A stretch of 64,000 nucleotides of DNA from a virus, in the IMG/VR virus record IMGVR_UViG_3300017714_002439, one strand, 5' to 3'. This document shows positions 10,036 to 19,759 of the stretch, piece by piece (within the stretch, counting starts at the first letter, position 1; each line of letters opens with the position of its first letter). The position numbers were made by a program, and so were the translations under genes. The notes under the pieces are model-generated. The model had not been told where the DNA came from and did no database searches. It saw only the letters and a list, made by a program, of their open reading frames with translations.

Positions 10036-10119
10036 ATGATAATACTTGGCTTAGTTGTATTTTCACTAAGCTATCTATTTTTTGTATATAAATTTTTTGA
10101 AGATAAACATGACGAATAA
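10036..10119 (+). CDS. 27-aa hydrophobic peptide (not in ORF track)
   Basis: MIILGLVVFSLSYLFFVYKFFEDKHDE fills the intergenic gap. Confidence 0.4.
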   Translation: MIILGLVVFSLSYLFFVYKFFEDKHDE

Positions 10120-10681
10120 TATTTGGTTAATAAGTGATACACATTTCAATCAAGCAACTATGCTTGAATTTACTGACTGGTCAGGTAAACAAACAAGACC
10201 AGGTTTCCGTGATGTAGAACACATGGACGACTTAATGATAGACAACTGGAATAGTGTTGTCAAACCCGAAGATACAATATATCATTTAGGAGATTTAGTG
10301 GGTGGACCCAATCCAGAAAAGTGGATGGCACACAACTGGCATAGACTAAACGGAAACAAAGAGCTAGTAATTGGCAATCATGATGATATAGAATTTCTAA
10401 GTGTTGGTGGCTTTTTTAAAAAAATGCAATACTGGAAAGTGTTAATAGAGTTTGGCATTATAATATCACATGCACCGTTGCACAGAGATGCATTAATTCG
10501 CCCTAAAGCAGAACATGGCGAACGTGCAGTAGATAAAAAGAATATGGATCTTTGGACAGAAACAACAAACGTGCATGGACATGTTCACAGTAATCCTAGT
10601 CCAGACGGACCTTATAGATGTGTAAGTGTAGAACAATTAAACTATACACCTATTAATATTGACGAAGTGAGAACTACATGA
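10109..10681 (+). CDS. Calcineurin-like metallophosphoesterase
   Basis: SDTHF, HLGD, GNHD, SHAP, HGHVH motifs. Confidence 0.88.
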   Translation: MTNNIWLISDTHFNQATMLEFTDWSGKQTRPGFRDVEHMDDLMIDNWNSVVKPEDTIYHLGDLVGGPNPEKWMAHNWHRLNGNKELVIGNHDDIEFLSVGGFFKKMQYWKVLIEFGIIISHAPLHRDALIRPKAEHGERAVDKKNMDLWTETTNVHGHVHSNPSPDGPYRCVSVEQLNYTPINIDEVRTT

Positions 10682-10941
10682 GCGAACGACCTTTACCTAC
10701 AGTAAAACAACTGGCACAGATTTCAATGGCAGCTGAAGAAGGTGATCCATTTGATTGGGATTCGTTGAATATAAGTAAACAAGCGGCATACGAATTAATG
10801 GCCTCACATGCATTAGAATTATATGCAACCCAAGGACCATATAGAGATATTATACTATTATCATCTCTAACAAAATCAATAGTAGAAAATTTTATACTAA
10901 ACTTAAAACTGGAGCAAAATGAAAAACAATCCGAACAGTAA
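10678..10941 (+). CDS. Hypothetical protein
   Basis: 87 aa, ATGA-coupled. Confidence 0.6.
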   Translation: MSERPLPTVKQLAQISMAAEEGDPFDWDSLNISKQAAYELMASHALELYATQGPYRDIILLSSLTKSIVENFILNLKLEQNEKQSEQ

Positions 10942-11575
10942 ATTTTTTATTAATTGGGCCAGTGGAACAGGCGGTGACTTCCTAATTGGAATATTACACC
11001 TGTTATATCCATTCCCACATACAAGTAAAATAGAAGTAAATGAACGTAATATGTGGAGACATGAAAACCAAGCAGAAGATAGACTAAGAATGTTTGAATG
11101 TGATGATATTAATCTTATTCAGCAATCATTAAATGATATGCTTCCTGGTGAAATATTTCAATACCATCAATATTTGTCAGATCCATTAACTATTCCAAAA
11201 GATGTATTAGCTATTAATATTACTACAAATGATATATATGAAGAAAGTTTTATAGCACATTTATATAATATTAAAGCTAGAAAACCAGAAAGTGTTGCAG
11301 AAATAAGCATAGTTAGGCAAAGCACACAAATACCAAATATAGTTAATATAGATTATAAAACATTATATGACAATCCTTCAAATGAGATAGTATTTAATAT
11401 ACTTAATATGTTTGGTAGAGCAGATGCATTTTCACCAGCAGTTGTAGACTGTTTAAATGCATATCATTTGCATAACATAAAATGTATTGAAGATCAACAT
11501 CAAGATGAGAAGCCAAATCCCTTCCAAAAACAAATTAATACCTTCCAAGAACTATGTGATCATTTTAAAATATAA
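10919..11575 (+). CDS. Sulfotransferase/P-loop-like hypothetical protein
   Basis: N-terminal FINWASGTGGDFL strand-loop-helix. Confidence 0.35.
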   Translation: MKNNPNSKFFINWASGTGGDFLIGILHLLYPFPHTSKIEVNERNMWRHENQAEDRLRMFECDDINLIQQSLNDMLPGEIFQYHQYLSDPLTIPKDVLAINITTNDIYEESFIAHLYNIKARKPESVAEISIVRQSTQIPNIVNIDYKTLYDNPSNEIVFNILNMFGRADAFSPAVVDCLNAYHLHNIKCIEDQHQDEKPNPFQKQINTFQELCDHFKI

Positions 11576-11594
11576 CTCTTTTGTTCAGTAGTCA

Positions 11595-11600
11595 TAAATA
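11595..11600 (+). promoter_or_regulatory. Late-promoter-like TAAATA motif heading the modular protein cluster
   Basis: CATAAATACT, upstream of GGAG SD and ORF 11630. Confidence 0.55.
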
Positions 11601-11629
11601 CTACTAATAAGAAATATTGGAGTTATTAA

Positions 11630-12664
11630 ATGAGATTACACAATTTATTTGAAAATACAACACCTGAATCCTTAATTGAAGATATTATTGATATTGAGCT
11701 TACTGATGATTTTGCAATAGAAGGCAGAATAGTAGAATTCAACGAAGATGGTAGTATTACAGTAGAATTAGATGAACAAGCACAAGAATTAGTAGATCTT
11801 GATGAAGAAGTTCTTAACGAATTTATACCATTAGCAATTGGTGCCGCGGCACTAGGTTTGACAGCCTATGATGCCTATAGAAATTACAAAGCATACAAGC
11901 GAGGTGATATCACTAAACAACAATTAGCAAAACGTGTAGGCGTTGATGCTGCAATTGGTATTACAACTGGTGGTATTGGTAAACTTGCAAGTAAGGCATA
12001 CAAAGCCGGTAAAGCCGGTGTTCAAGCATACAAGGCCAAAAAAGCGGCTAACGTAACTCCAAATAATGTAGCAAAAGTTGAACCATCTGCACTACCGGCA
12101 ACAGGCGCAGCGACAGGAAATGCAGCTGGAAAAACAACTGCAAAGAAAGCCGATGATGTTAAAGCCAAAAAGAAAGCTGCACGTAAAAAAGCAGGCAAAA
12201 GACTTCGTAGAGCAGGAATGGGTGCATATGGCAGTGTAGATTATGATGATCCATTACAAAGAGCAGTAAGCAACTTTTCTTTTGAATCAGAAGATGAATT
12301 TGAACCACACATGATGTATGATCCTGAAACAGGTGAAGGCAAAATGGCACATACAGAAGCTGATCATTTAAAAATGAAAGACATGGGTTGGACACACGAT
12401 AATCCAAAAACTAAAGAAATCGAAGAAGCAGAATACCAAGGACGTAAAGTTAAACTTGGTAAGCCCATGGCAGGTGATGTTAAGAAGTTTAAAGTATACG
12501 TCAAGAATCCAAAAGGTAATGTAGTCAAAGTTAACTTTGGACAAAAGGGTGTTAAGATTAAAAAGAACAATCCTGCAAGACGCAAAAGTTTCCGAGCAAG
12601 ACACAACTGTGATAATCCAGGTCCTAGACATAAGGCACGTTATTGGTCATGTAGGAAATGGTAA
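11630..12664 (+). CDS. Modular putative internal head protein
   Basis: N-terminal MRLHNLFE; Glu-delimited modules; basic Cys/His C-terminal module EAEYQGRKV..RYWSCRKW. Confidence 0.55.
   Translation: MRLHNLFENTTPESLIEDIIDIELTDDFAIEGRIVEFNEDGSITVELDEQAQELVDLDEEVLNEFIPLAIGAAALGLTAYDAYRNYKAYKRGDITKQQLAKRVGVDAAIGITTGGIGKLASKAYKAGKAGVQAYKAKKAANVTPNNVAKVEPSALPATGAATGNAAGKTTAKKADDVKAKKKAARKKAGKRLRRAGMGAYGSVDYDDPLQRAVSNFSFESEDEFEPHMMYDPETGEGKMAHTEADHLKMKDMGWTHDNPKTKEIEEAEYQGRKVKLGKPMAGDVKKFKVYVKNPKGNVVKVNFGQKGVKIKKNNPARRKSFRARHNCDNPGPRHKARYWSCRKW
12236..12262 (+). repeat. VDYDDPLQR module copy 1 (copy 2 at 18505-18531)
   Basis: Identical 9-aa motif; DNA gattatgatgatccattaca shared. Confidence 0.85.
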
Positions 12665-12665
12665 A

Positions 12666-13412
12666 ATGCGTGTCAATGAAATTGTAAGCAAAACATCTAT
12701 AGAATCTATATTTGAAGATTTAGATCCAAAGTCAGAAGTATATGTTGACATGGATGGAGTTCTTGCTGATTTCTTTGGCGTATGGAACCAAATGATGGGT
12801 GTTAAGCATTGGAAAGAAATCAAAGACACTGACGCTGCACTACAAAAAATCAAAGATACAAAAGACTTTTGGATTAACTTACCAATGACACGTAATGGTA
12901 AAAGTTTGCTAAATGCAATTAAAAGATTCAAAGGAAAATATAATATACTAAGTGCTCCCCTTCCAGGTGATCCTAATTCAGAACCACAAAAGCGTGAATG
13001 GATCCAAAAGCATTTAAGTATGTTCCCGCCATCAAAAATTATTATAGACCACGATAAGGCCGCATATGCCAAGCAAGCAGATGGAACTCCAAATGCATTA
13101 ATTGATGATTTTGGACAAAATATAAGCAAGTGGGAGAATGCAGGTGGTGTAGGAATACAACACAAAGATATACAAATTGGTAATACTATTTCAAGACTAG
13201 CAAAAGCATTAGATACTAAGGAAGACCCAGTAGAAGAAAACTTTGCTGATGGTAAGAAAAAAGGTAAAAGCAGACCAGGGCGTGTAAAACGTTCAGGTGC
13301 AAGTTGTAATGGTAGTGTAACAGAACTAAGAGCCAAAGCAAAAAAAGCCAGTGGAGAAAAAGCAAAAATGTATCACTGGTGTGCTAACATGAAATCAGGA
13401 AAAAAGAAATAA
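12666..13412 (+). CDS. HAD-family 5'(3')-deoxyribonucleotidase-like protein with N-terminal tag and basic Cys tail
   Basis: YVDMDGVLADF, ILSAP, K, LIDD HAD motifs; true start ATG 12666 (MRVNEIV). Confidence 0.8.
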   Translation: MRVNEIVSKTSIESIFEDLDPKSEVYVDMDGVLADFFGVWNQMMGVKHWKEIKDTDAALQKIKDTKDFWINLPMTRNGKSLLNAIKRFKGKYNILSAPLPGDPNSEPQKREWIQKHLSMFPPSKIIIDHDKAAYAKQADGTPNALIDDFGQNISKWENAGGVGIQHKDIQIGNTISRLAKALDTKEDPVEENFADGKKKGKSRPGRVKRSGASCNGSVTELRAKAKKASGEKAKMYHWCANMKSGKKK

Positions 13413-14188
13413 TGGATAAAGAATTCATATTAAAAAATATGCACGAAAGTCGTAAGGCTCAACGTAATTATTCAGATAAAAAAGTAGACCAAGAAACTGT
13501 TGATTTTTTAACAGAGATTGCCGTTAATGCTCCTAGTAAACAAAACGAAGTAGATTTTACTCTTGCTATTATTACAAATGAAGATATGCTTAAAGAACAT
13601 GAAGAAAGATTTACTTGGGGATATCACTGGAATACAACTAACAGTGCAATGCATAATACACAAGTTCACGCACCATTGATATTTGTATATGGTCAGACTT
13701 TACCAGAAGATATATATAAAGATATATGGGCAGCTGATGAAGATGGACCTGGTGTTAATGAAATGTTTGAAGAACAGTTCAGAGATACACAAAATTTATC
13801 AATGGGTATTAGTTCAGGGCAACTTGTTTTAGCGGCACATATGATGGGATTAAAAACTGGTTTCAGTCAAAATACAATGCACAACGGAGTAGATAGTTTT
13901 AGTTGGAAAGAATTTTTAGGTTATGATAGAAACGAGTTTTATAGTCCAAAAATAGTAGTAGGCGTTGGATATCCAGATGAAACTTTAAAGTGGCATCAAA
14001 CTAGAAACTTAGAATATGTTGTTGCACACCCAGATGAGAAAAACTTAGATACTAAGCCCTATTTAGAAATTTGCAGTGATGATATAAGACAATATCCTAA
14101 CGGTGATGTATATAGCTTTGGCCATAAGAGTTCAAAAAAAGATGGCACACCAAAACCCAAAGATGTTAAAGTAAAGAGGTTCTTTTAG
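13412..14188 (+). CDS. Nitroreductase-family protein
   Basis: SRKAQRNY, NAPSKQN, GISSGQLVLAAHMMGLKTG, VGVGYP motifs. Confidence 0.8.
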   Translation: MDKEFILKNMHESRKAQRNYSDKKVDQETVDFLTEIAVNAPSKQNEVDFTLAIITNEDMLKEHEERFTWGYHWNTTNSAMHNTQVHAPLIFVYGQTLPEDIYKDIWAADEDGPGVNEMFEEQFRDTQNLSMGISSGQLVLAAHMMGLKTGFSQNTMHNGVDSFSWKEFLGYDRNEFYSPKIVVGVGYPDETLKWHQTRNLEYVVAHPDEKNLDTKPYLEICSDDIRQYPNGDVYSFGHKSSKKDGTPKPKDVKVKRFF

Positions 14189-14189
14189 T

Positions 14190-15353
14190 ATGTCACATCC
14201 AACAGCATGTTCAAAAAGTTGGACAGACGTAAATATAAATTTCAAAAGAGGCAAAATGGGGCATTGCTGTAAAGCTGAATTGCATCCTTTCCCTAATGAA
14301 TATACAAAAGACTTTTTTACCAATAGTGAACTCATTCAAAAACGTAGACAAGACACTCTTAATGGTATTCAACATTCAGATTGTCAAACTTGTTGGGCTG
14401 ATGTTAACAATGGAATTACTTCGTTTAAGGATTTGATGAATGAATGGAATAATTTTGATCAGCCAATAGACAAGCCACACATTGAATACATTGAAGTAGA
14501 ATTAGATAATACATGCGATCTAAGTTGTTTATATTGTAATGCTGATCAAAGCAGTAAAATTGCACAAGAAGAAGGCATAATAGTTCCTGACATGACACGA
14601 CAAAAAGATATTGATATTTACAAAGAGTGGCTAAAAGATATAGTTAATAATTCTCCAAGAAATATAACTTTAGCCTTTATGGGTGGAGAACCTACAGCAA
14701 GTAAATTATTTTACGAACTGATTGAGTATATTGTAACATTAGATGCCAGTAAACTTACACTACAGGTAACAACAAATTGTAATACCAAAGATTTTCTATT
14801 TAATAAATTTTTAGATGCAATAGATAAAGTGGGCGGTGTAGAAATTAATATCAGTAATGAAAGTTTTAAAGAAGACAGTAAGCTAATTAGATATGGGTTA
14901 GATTGGGATAGATTTGAAAAAAATGTAAAGGCTTATGCATTACACAAAAAAGTAACCTTCATTAGTTTTGATACTACTATGAATATTCTTGCACTTCCTA
15001 CATATAGTAAATACATTCAATGGATTTTTGATACAATGTCAAAATATAATAAACCTTTTAGTATATCAGGCGATATGGTGGTTATTCCAAATGAGTTAGA
15101 TATAGCAATACTTCCAGCATCTTTTAAAACTTATATAGACCAGGCAATACAAATAGTTAACGAAAATCAATTACCTAATTGTATATCAAAAGATAAGATT
15201 TTATCATTTATGGAATCAGGAATAGATCGTGTTAGTTCTAATTATAAAGAAGATTATAAGAATATAGTTAGACAGTTCTTAGAACCAAAACAAAAATATA
15301 AAAATACAGATAAACTTATGAGGTTAATAGACCCACTAGGAGCAATACAATGA
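14190..15353 (+). CDS. Radical SAM protein with N-terminal Cys (twitch-like) domain
   Basis: CDLSCLYC, MGGEP; N-terminal C..GHCC..CQTC. Confidence 0.88.
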   Translation: MSHPTACSKSWTDVNINFKRGKMGHCCKAELHPFPNEYTKDFFTNSELIQKRRQDTLNGIQHSDCQTCWADVNNGITSFKDLMNEWNNFDQPIDKPHIEYIEVELDNTCDLSCLYCNADQSSKIAQEEGIIVPDMTRQKDIDIYKEWLKDIVNNSPRNITLAFMGGEPTASKLFYELIEYIVTLDASKLTLQVTTNCNTKDFLFNKFLDAIDKVGGVEINISNESFKEDSKLIRYGLDWDRFEKNVKAYALHKKVTFISFDTTMNILALPTYSKYIQWIFDTMSKYNKPFSISGDMVVIPNELDIAILPASFKTYIDQAIQIVNENQLPNCISKDKILSFMESGIDRVSSNYKEDYKNIVRQFLEPKQKYKNTDKLMRLIDPLGAIQ

Positions 15354-15577
15354 CACAAGACGACATTTACAGATTACAATATCTTGCAGGTATTATAGAC
15401 AAACAAGGCACCCGTGTAAGTGGCACAGATGAATCTAACATAAGTATTGTTGGTAGTGCTAAAGGTGAATACATGCGTAAGCATAATGTTAAGCCAGGCA
15501 CAGACGAATGGTTTAAACTATGGTTTAGCAGACCAAAACTAACTGGTGAAGACCCAACACCAAAGCAAGGCGGATAA
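15350..15577 (+). CDS. Small conserved-type phage protein of the late cluster
   Basis: RLQYLAGI and YMRKHNVKPGTDEWFKLWF. Confidence 0.6.
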   Translation: MTQDDIYRLQYLAGIIDKQGTRVSGTDESNISIVGSAKGEYMRKHNVKPGTDEWFKLWFSRPKLTGEDPTPKQGG

Positions 15578-15578
15578 C

Positions 15579-16727
15579 ATGTTAATTAATGAAGTAATTA
15601 TCTTGCAGGAAGAAACACTAGATATTAACTCTATTGTAACACCTGCGATCAAATACTTGGATAAAGTATTTAAAGATAATAACTTCGAAATACGTATTGT
15701 CGGCGGCGCAGTGCGTGACATTGCACTAAACAAAGCACCCAAGGATATTGACTTTGCCTCAGATGCAACACCAGATGAAATGATTGCTATGTTTGATAAA
15801 GAAGCAATCAAATACATTCCTACAGGTTTACAACACGGAACAATCACCGCAGTAGTAAACGGAGAAGATTTTGAAATTACAACACTAAGAGCAGACAAAG
15901 AAACAGACGGCAGACATGCTGAAGTTGAGTTTGTTCGTAGTTGGGAAGAGGATGCTAAACGCAGAGACTTAACATACAATGCCATGAGCATGGATATTGA
16001 TGGCGAGCTATACGATTACCACAATGGCATGGACGACTTACAAAACAAAGTAAGTAAATTTGTAGGCGATCCAGAACAAAGAATTACAGAAGATTATTTA
16101 CGTATACTACGTTACTTCCGTTTCCAGGGCAGGTTAGCAGAACCTACTTGGGATAAAGATACATTACAAGCAATTAAAATGCATGCCAAAGGACTATCCG
16201 GTATTAGTGCCGAGAGAATATGGGCAGAAATGAGCAAAGCACTTTCAGGACAAAATGTTGCAAGTATATTATCAACTATGCATAAAACAGGTGTAGCACA
16301 AGTAATAGGATTAAACGTAAACAATTTAGGTGCAATAAAAGATGGTGGCAACCCAATTATAGCACTAGCACAACTAGGCAACGATGTAGACATTGCAAAG
16401 CGTTGGAAAATGAAAAATACAGAAGCAGAGTTATTGGGCTTTTTAGTCAAGCACAAAAACGATACACTTGATCAAAAGAAAGTGGAAGATATGATTGCCG
16501 ATGGTGTTAAGCGTGAGCTTATTACAGCACTGGCATCAATGCAAAACAAAAACGTAAACATAGATGCAAAAGTTCCAGACTTTCCTGTAACAGGAGCAGA
16601 CTTAATTGCTAAAGGCATGAAACCAGGCCCAGACTTAGGTAAAAAATTAGCACAACTAAAGCAACAATGGAAGGCTGGTAATTTTAAAGCTAGTAAGGAA
16701 GATTTGCTAAATACTAGTAAGGAGTAA
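15579..16727 (+). CDS. cca: CCA-adding enzyme / tRNA nucleotidyltransferase (class II) with N-terminal tag
   Basis: VGGAVRD, KDIDF, TTLR, EDAKRRDLTYNAM, EDYLRILRYFRF, ERIWAEM; start ATG 15579 (MLINEV). Confidence 0.9.
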   Translation: MLINEVIILQEETLDINSIVTPAIKYLDKVFKDNNFEIRIVGGAVRDIALNKAPKDIDFASDATPDEMIAMFDKEAIKYIPTGLQHGTITAVVNGEDFEITTLRADKETDGRHAEVEFVRSWEEDAKRRDLTYNAMSMDIDGELYDYHNGMDDLQNKVSKFVGDPEQRITEDYLRILRYFRFQGRLAEPTWDKDTLQAIKMHAKGLSGISAERIWAEMSKALSGQNVASILSTMHKTGVAQVIGLNVNNLGAIKDGGNPIIALAQLGNDVDIAKRWKMKNTEAELLGFLVKHKNDTLDQKKVEDMIADGVKRELITALASMQNKNVNIDAKVPDFPVTGADLIAKGMKPGPDLGKKLAQLKQQWKAGNFKASKEDLLNTSKE

Positions 16728-16731
16728 CACA

Positions 16732-18573
16732 ATGAGAATTACCGAAGTAGACAACCCAGTAACACAGGCTGATATTGATCAGTTAGAAGTGTTTGCTGAC
16801 CGTTTGTTTGCTAAAGTAGGCATTGATGTAGAATTTACTCGACACTTTTTAGACAGAGTCAATGACGAACGTAATGTAAAACAAATTACAATGTCAGAGC
16901 TTACCCGACTATTCAAACAAGAATACAAACGTTGGGGCAAGCCAATTGCACAATTAGGCCCAGATGCAGAAGCAGTAATGAAAGATATGGCAACAGATAT
17001 TAACTTGCCATTTGCACTACGTTGGGACCACCAAAACAAAGAATTAGATCTAGTTGCTAAAACAGTAATGCGTAAACCAGATTTTAAAACATCTAATCCA
17101 GAATTTGCAGTAGAAGATATTAAACAAAGTGGTGCATTAAAAGTTGTTAACAATTTAGCAGCTCGTAGTGGAAATGAAGCATTTCCTATTAAATTTGATA
17201 GTGGTAAACTAATTTATGTGAAGCCAATTACTGCTCGCAAAATTTTAAGACTATTTGATATTGCTCCAAAAGATATGATAGATAAGTTTATGACTTATAT
17301 TAACACAGCAAATGGATTTAGAGAATTGGCTCATTATGCAAATAAGAGTGTAAAAGGAACTGTAAAAGAAGATCCAAATGAAGGCTTAAAATCTTTATTT
17401 AAACCTAATGCTTATGCGGCCGCGGCAGCTAGACTGCACAGTGTATTACAACGTAAGAAAAAAGAAAATGACGCAGAAGGCAAGCCATTTAGACATGCAC
17501 TAGGTTGGTATGCATCTAGAATCGCAAGTGGATATCAAGCACATATTGACACAAGAGAATTAGTAGCATACTATCAAGATAATTATGATGCAGTATTAAG
17601 TGAAAGTGATTTACCTTATATCTCTGAAGAAGCCGCACCTAAACTTGATTACGATCAATTAAAAATAAAAATTCCAGCTAATGATAATGTTAAACCAAAA
17701 ATGGGACAAGTTATTAGTTTAGATGATGCACGTGCTAAAGCACAAGCACAATTAAATAGTTTATCGCCTGCAGAGAAAAAAGCTGCAAACCAATTTATTA
17801 AAAAAAATCCTAGTTTATTAAAAAGACTTGCTAACGTAGGAGCAAGGTCAACAGCAAGACATGGAGTTGTTACATTAGGTAGTGTTGCAACAGGACCCAT
17901 GGCACCAGCTACTATTGTAGTATTAAATGTTGCATTATTAGGTTGGGATATAGCAGATATGGGAGTAGAAATTTGGAAATGGTCAAGAGGTGATAAAACT
18001 GTTGATGTAGAAATGCCAAGAGGCAATGTTGATGCAGAATGGGATCCTAACTTACAACTTGAAATACCAGAATATCCTACAACTTGGCCAATGGATAGAA
18101 CAGGACAAGTATTAAAAAAGAAGCAGGCAGAATGGGAAAAAGAATTTGGCAAAACACACAAACATGATGGAAAGCCTATTGAAATTCCAGCATTTAAACC
18201 ATTAGAAATTCCAACCACTTCACCAGCTCAACCAAAGAATCCAGAAAATCCGGATAATCCAGAGGTGCCGGACAGCAAACCATCTGATCAGCCAGATATT
18301 AAAATTCCACAGCCGCTTAAAGCACCTCAACAGGACATTCCATTTGTTCCACCAGCAAATGCAACTGACCAAGAAATAGCATTTAAAAAAGATGCATCTC
18401 CAGTAGCAACAACTGTAGGCGGAACTACACCACCGGGTAATGGTAATAGAAATAATAAGAATAAAAAGCGTAAAAAGAAAAAAGATTGGGGATCCGGAGG
18501 CGATGTTGATTATGATGATCCATTACAGCGTTGGCAGAAGAAATATGGAACATGGGAACCGAGATCCCGATGA
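16732..18573 (+). CDS. Modular protein with N-terminal RegB/RelE-like RNase-type domain
   Basis: MRITEV tag; FTRHFLDRVNDER...KTVMRK; Pro-rich and basic regions; ends with DYDDPLQR module. Confidence 0.5.
   Translation: MRITEVDNPVTQADIDQLEVFADRLFAKVGIDVEFTRHFLDRVNDERNVKQITMSELTRLFKQEYKRWGKPIAQLGPDAEAVMKDMATDINLPFALRWDHQNKELDLVAKTVMRKPDFKTSNPEFAVEDIKQSGALKVVNNLAARSGNEAFPIKFDSGKLIYVKPITARKILRLFDIAPKDMIDKFMTYINTANGFRELAHYANKSVKGTVKEDPNEGLKSLFKPNAYAAAAARLHSVLQRKKKENDAEGKPFRHALGWYASRIASGYQAHIDTRELVAYYQDNYDAVLSESDLPYISEEAAPKLDYDQLKIKIPANDNVKPKMGQVISLDDARAKAQAQLNSLSPAEKKAANQFIKKNPSLLKRLANVGARSTARHGVVTLGSVATGPMAPATIVVLNVALLGWDIADMGVEIWKWSRGDKTVDVEMPRGNVDAEWDPNLQLEIPEYPTTWPMDRTGQVLKKKQAEWEKEFGKTHKHDGKPIEIPAFKPLEIPTTSPAQPKNPENPDNPEVPDSKPSDQPDIKIPQPLKAPQQDIPFVPPANATDQEIAFKKDASPVATTVGGTTPPGNGNRNNKNKKRKKKKDWGSGGDVDYDDPLQRWQKKYGTWEPRSR
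18505..18531 (+). repeat. VDYDDPLQR module copy 2
   Basis: See 12236. Confidence 0.85.
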
Positions 18574-18761
18574 AAATAAAAGACATACTAAAGTTACCCA
18601 GTATTGAAATTGGAGATGAGATATTAGTAGGCAAATTTAAAAACCGTAAAGCAGTAGTTACAGGGTTTGCAACAGATGAGAATAATCAGCCTGTGTTAAA
18701 GACAACCAAAGGCGATCAAAAACTATTCAAGCCAAGAATAGTTAAATTAATGGATAAATAG
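18570..18761 (+). CDS. Small protein with MKIKDI tag
   Basis: ATGA-coupled start at 18570; beta-rich SH3/KOW-like spacing (tentative). Confidence 0.6.
   Translation: MKIKDILKLPSIEIGDEILVGKFKNRKAVVTGFATDENNQPVLKTTKGDQKLFKPRIVKLMDK
18755..18760 (+). promoter_or_regulatory. Late motif TAAATA, 5 nt before the ATG
   Basis: TAAATA-GTTGT-ATG. Confidence 0.55.
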
Positions 18762-18765
18762 TTGT

Positions 18766-19755
18766 ATGAAGATATATGATATAACAAATGAAAGCAGTGG
18801 TATTAAGAGAGTCAATACAGGTATTGACATGAAAGCGGCCTTGGCAGCACGGCAGGCACAAATATCTTCACCAGGAACTAATTCAACTATAAGCAGTAGA
18901 ACAAATAAGACAAGACATAGTAATACAGGCACAGGTACCACACATAAAACATTTCGTAAGTATACATCTCAGATGGGAGACCTAGGTGGATCGTCAGTAA
19001 GTAAAGTAAACAATATAAAAAAATCAGCAACTGGAGCCACAGGCACTAGCACAAAACGATATGTTAGACCAGGTGGAAGTGGAACACAAACAGTAACCGA
19101 TGTTGGCACTGGTAAAACAACTAGAACTGATTTCCAACTAAAAGGTCCACAAAGTTGGGCATACGATAAACCAAAACTAAATGCTTCTAAGAAAATAAAA
19201 GAAGATGGTGTAATTGTTCCAGGTGTTAACACTACAGTAGATGTTAAGCCAGGCGAAACAGAACGTCAAGCTGCAAAATTTGGCAACGGCAAAATTAAAC
19301 CACTAATGCCTAAACGAGGCAAGTCACAAACAATCAATACATTGTATAACATGGGATTAGCTGAGTCTAAAAAAGAAGAAAAGCCAGAAGATGTTGAAGG
19401 AATTGATCCTGCTACACAAATGGCAGTAAAAAAATTACAAGCAAAATATCCACATGCAGATAATGTAATGTCAGCAATGTTGGCAGCAACACAAGAAATA
19501 GACAAAATACAAGACAACGCTGATAGAAAATTATCTGATGCTGACAATAGACATAACCGTAAGTTTCAAGAACTTGAAAGTCAAATAAAAACTTTACATA
19601 ACCAACTTAGTGATAAACGTAGAGACGATCAAGATAGAAAGCAAGACGAACAAGATAGGAAACAAGTCGAGATGGATCAACTGCATAATCGTAAGTTTCA
19701 AGAACTTGAAAAGAAATTACTAGACCTTATTAAAAATAATAATCTCAAGGCATAA
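18766..19755 (+). CDS. Modular putative internal head protein with coiled-coil C-terminus
   Basis: MKIYDITNE tag; Ser/Thr/Gly-rich module; HNRKFQELE duplicated. Confidence 0.55.
   Translation: MKIYDITNESSGIKRVNTGIDMKAALAARQAQISSPGTNSTISSRTNKTRHSNTGTGTTHKTFRKYTSQMGDLGGSSVSKVNNIKKSATGATGTSTKRYVRPGGSGTQTVTDVGTGKTTRTDFQLKGPQSWAYDKPKLNASKKIKEDGVIVPGVNTTVDVKPGETERQAAKFGNGKIKPLMPKRGKSQTINTLYNMGLAESKKEEKPEDVEGIDPATQMAVKKLQAKYPHADNVMSAMLAATQEIDKIQDNADRKLSDADNRHNRKFQELESQIKTLHNQLSDKRRDDQDRKQDEQDRKQVEMDQLHNRKFQELEKKLLDLIKNNNLKA
19141..19179 (+). repeat. KGPQSWAYDKPKL module copy 1 (copy 2 at 25896-25934)
   Basis: Identical 13-aa peptide in two different ORFs. Confidence 0.9.
19552..19711 (+). repeat. 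28-bp direct repeat (19552-19579 and 19684-19711)
   Basis: cataa(c/t)cgtaagtttcaagaacttgaaa, one mismatch. Confidence 0.85.
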
Positions 19756-19759
19756 CACA

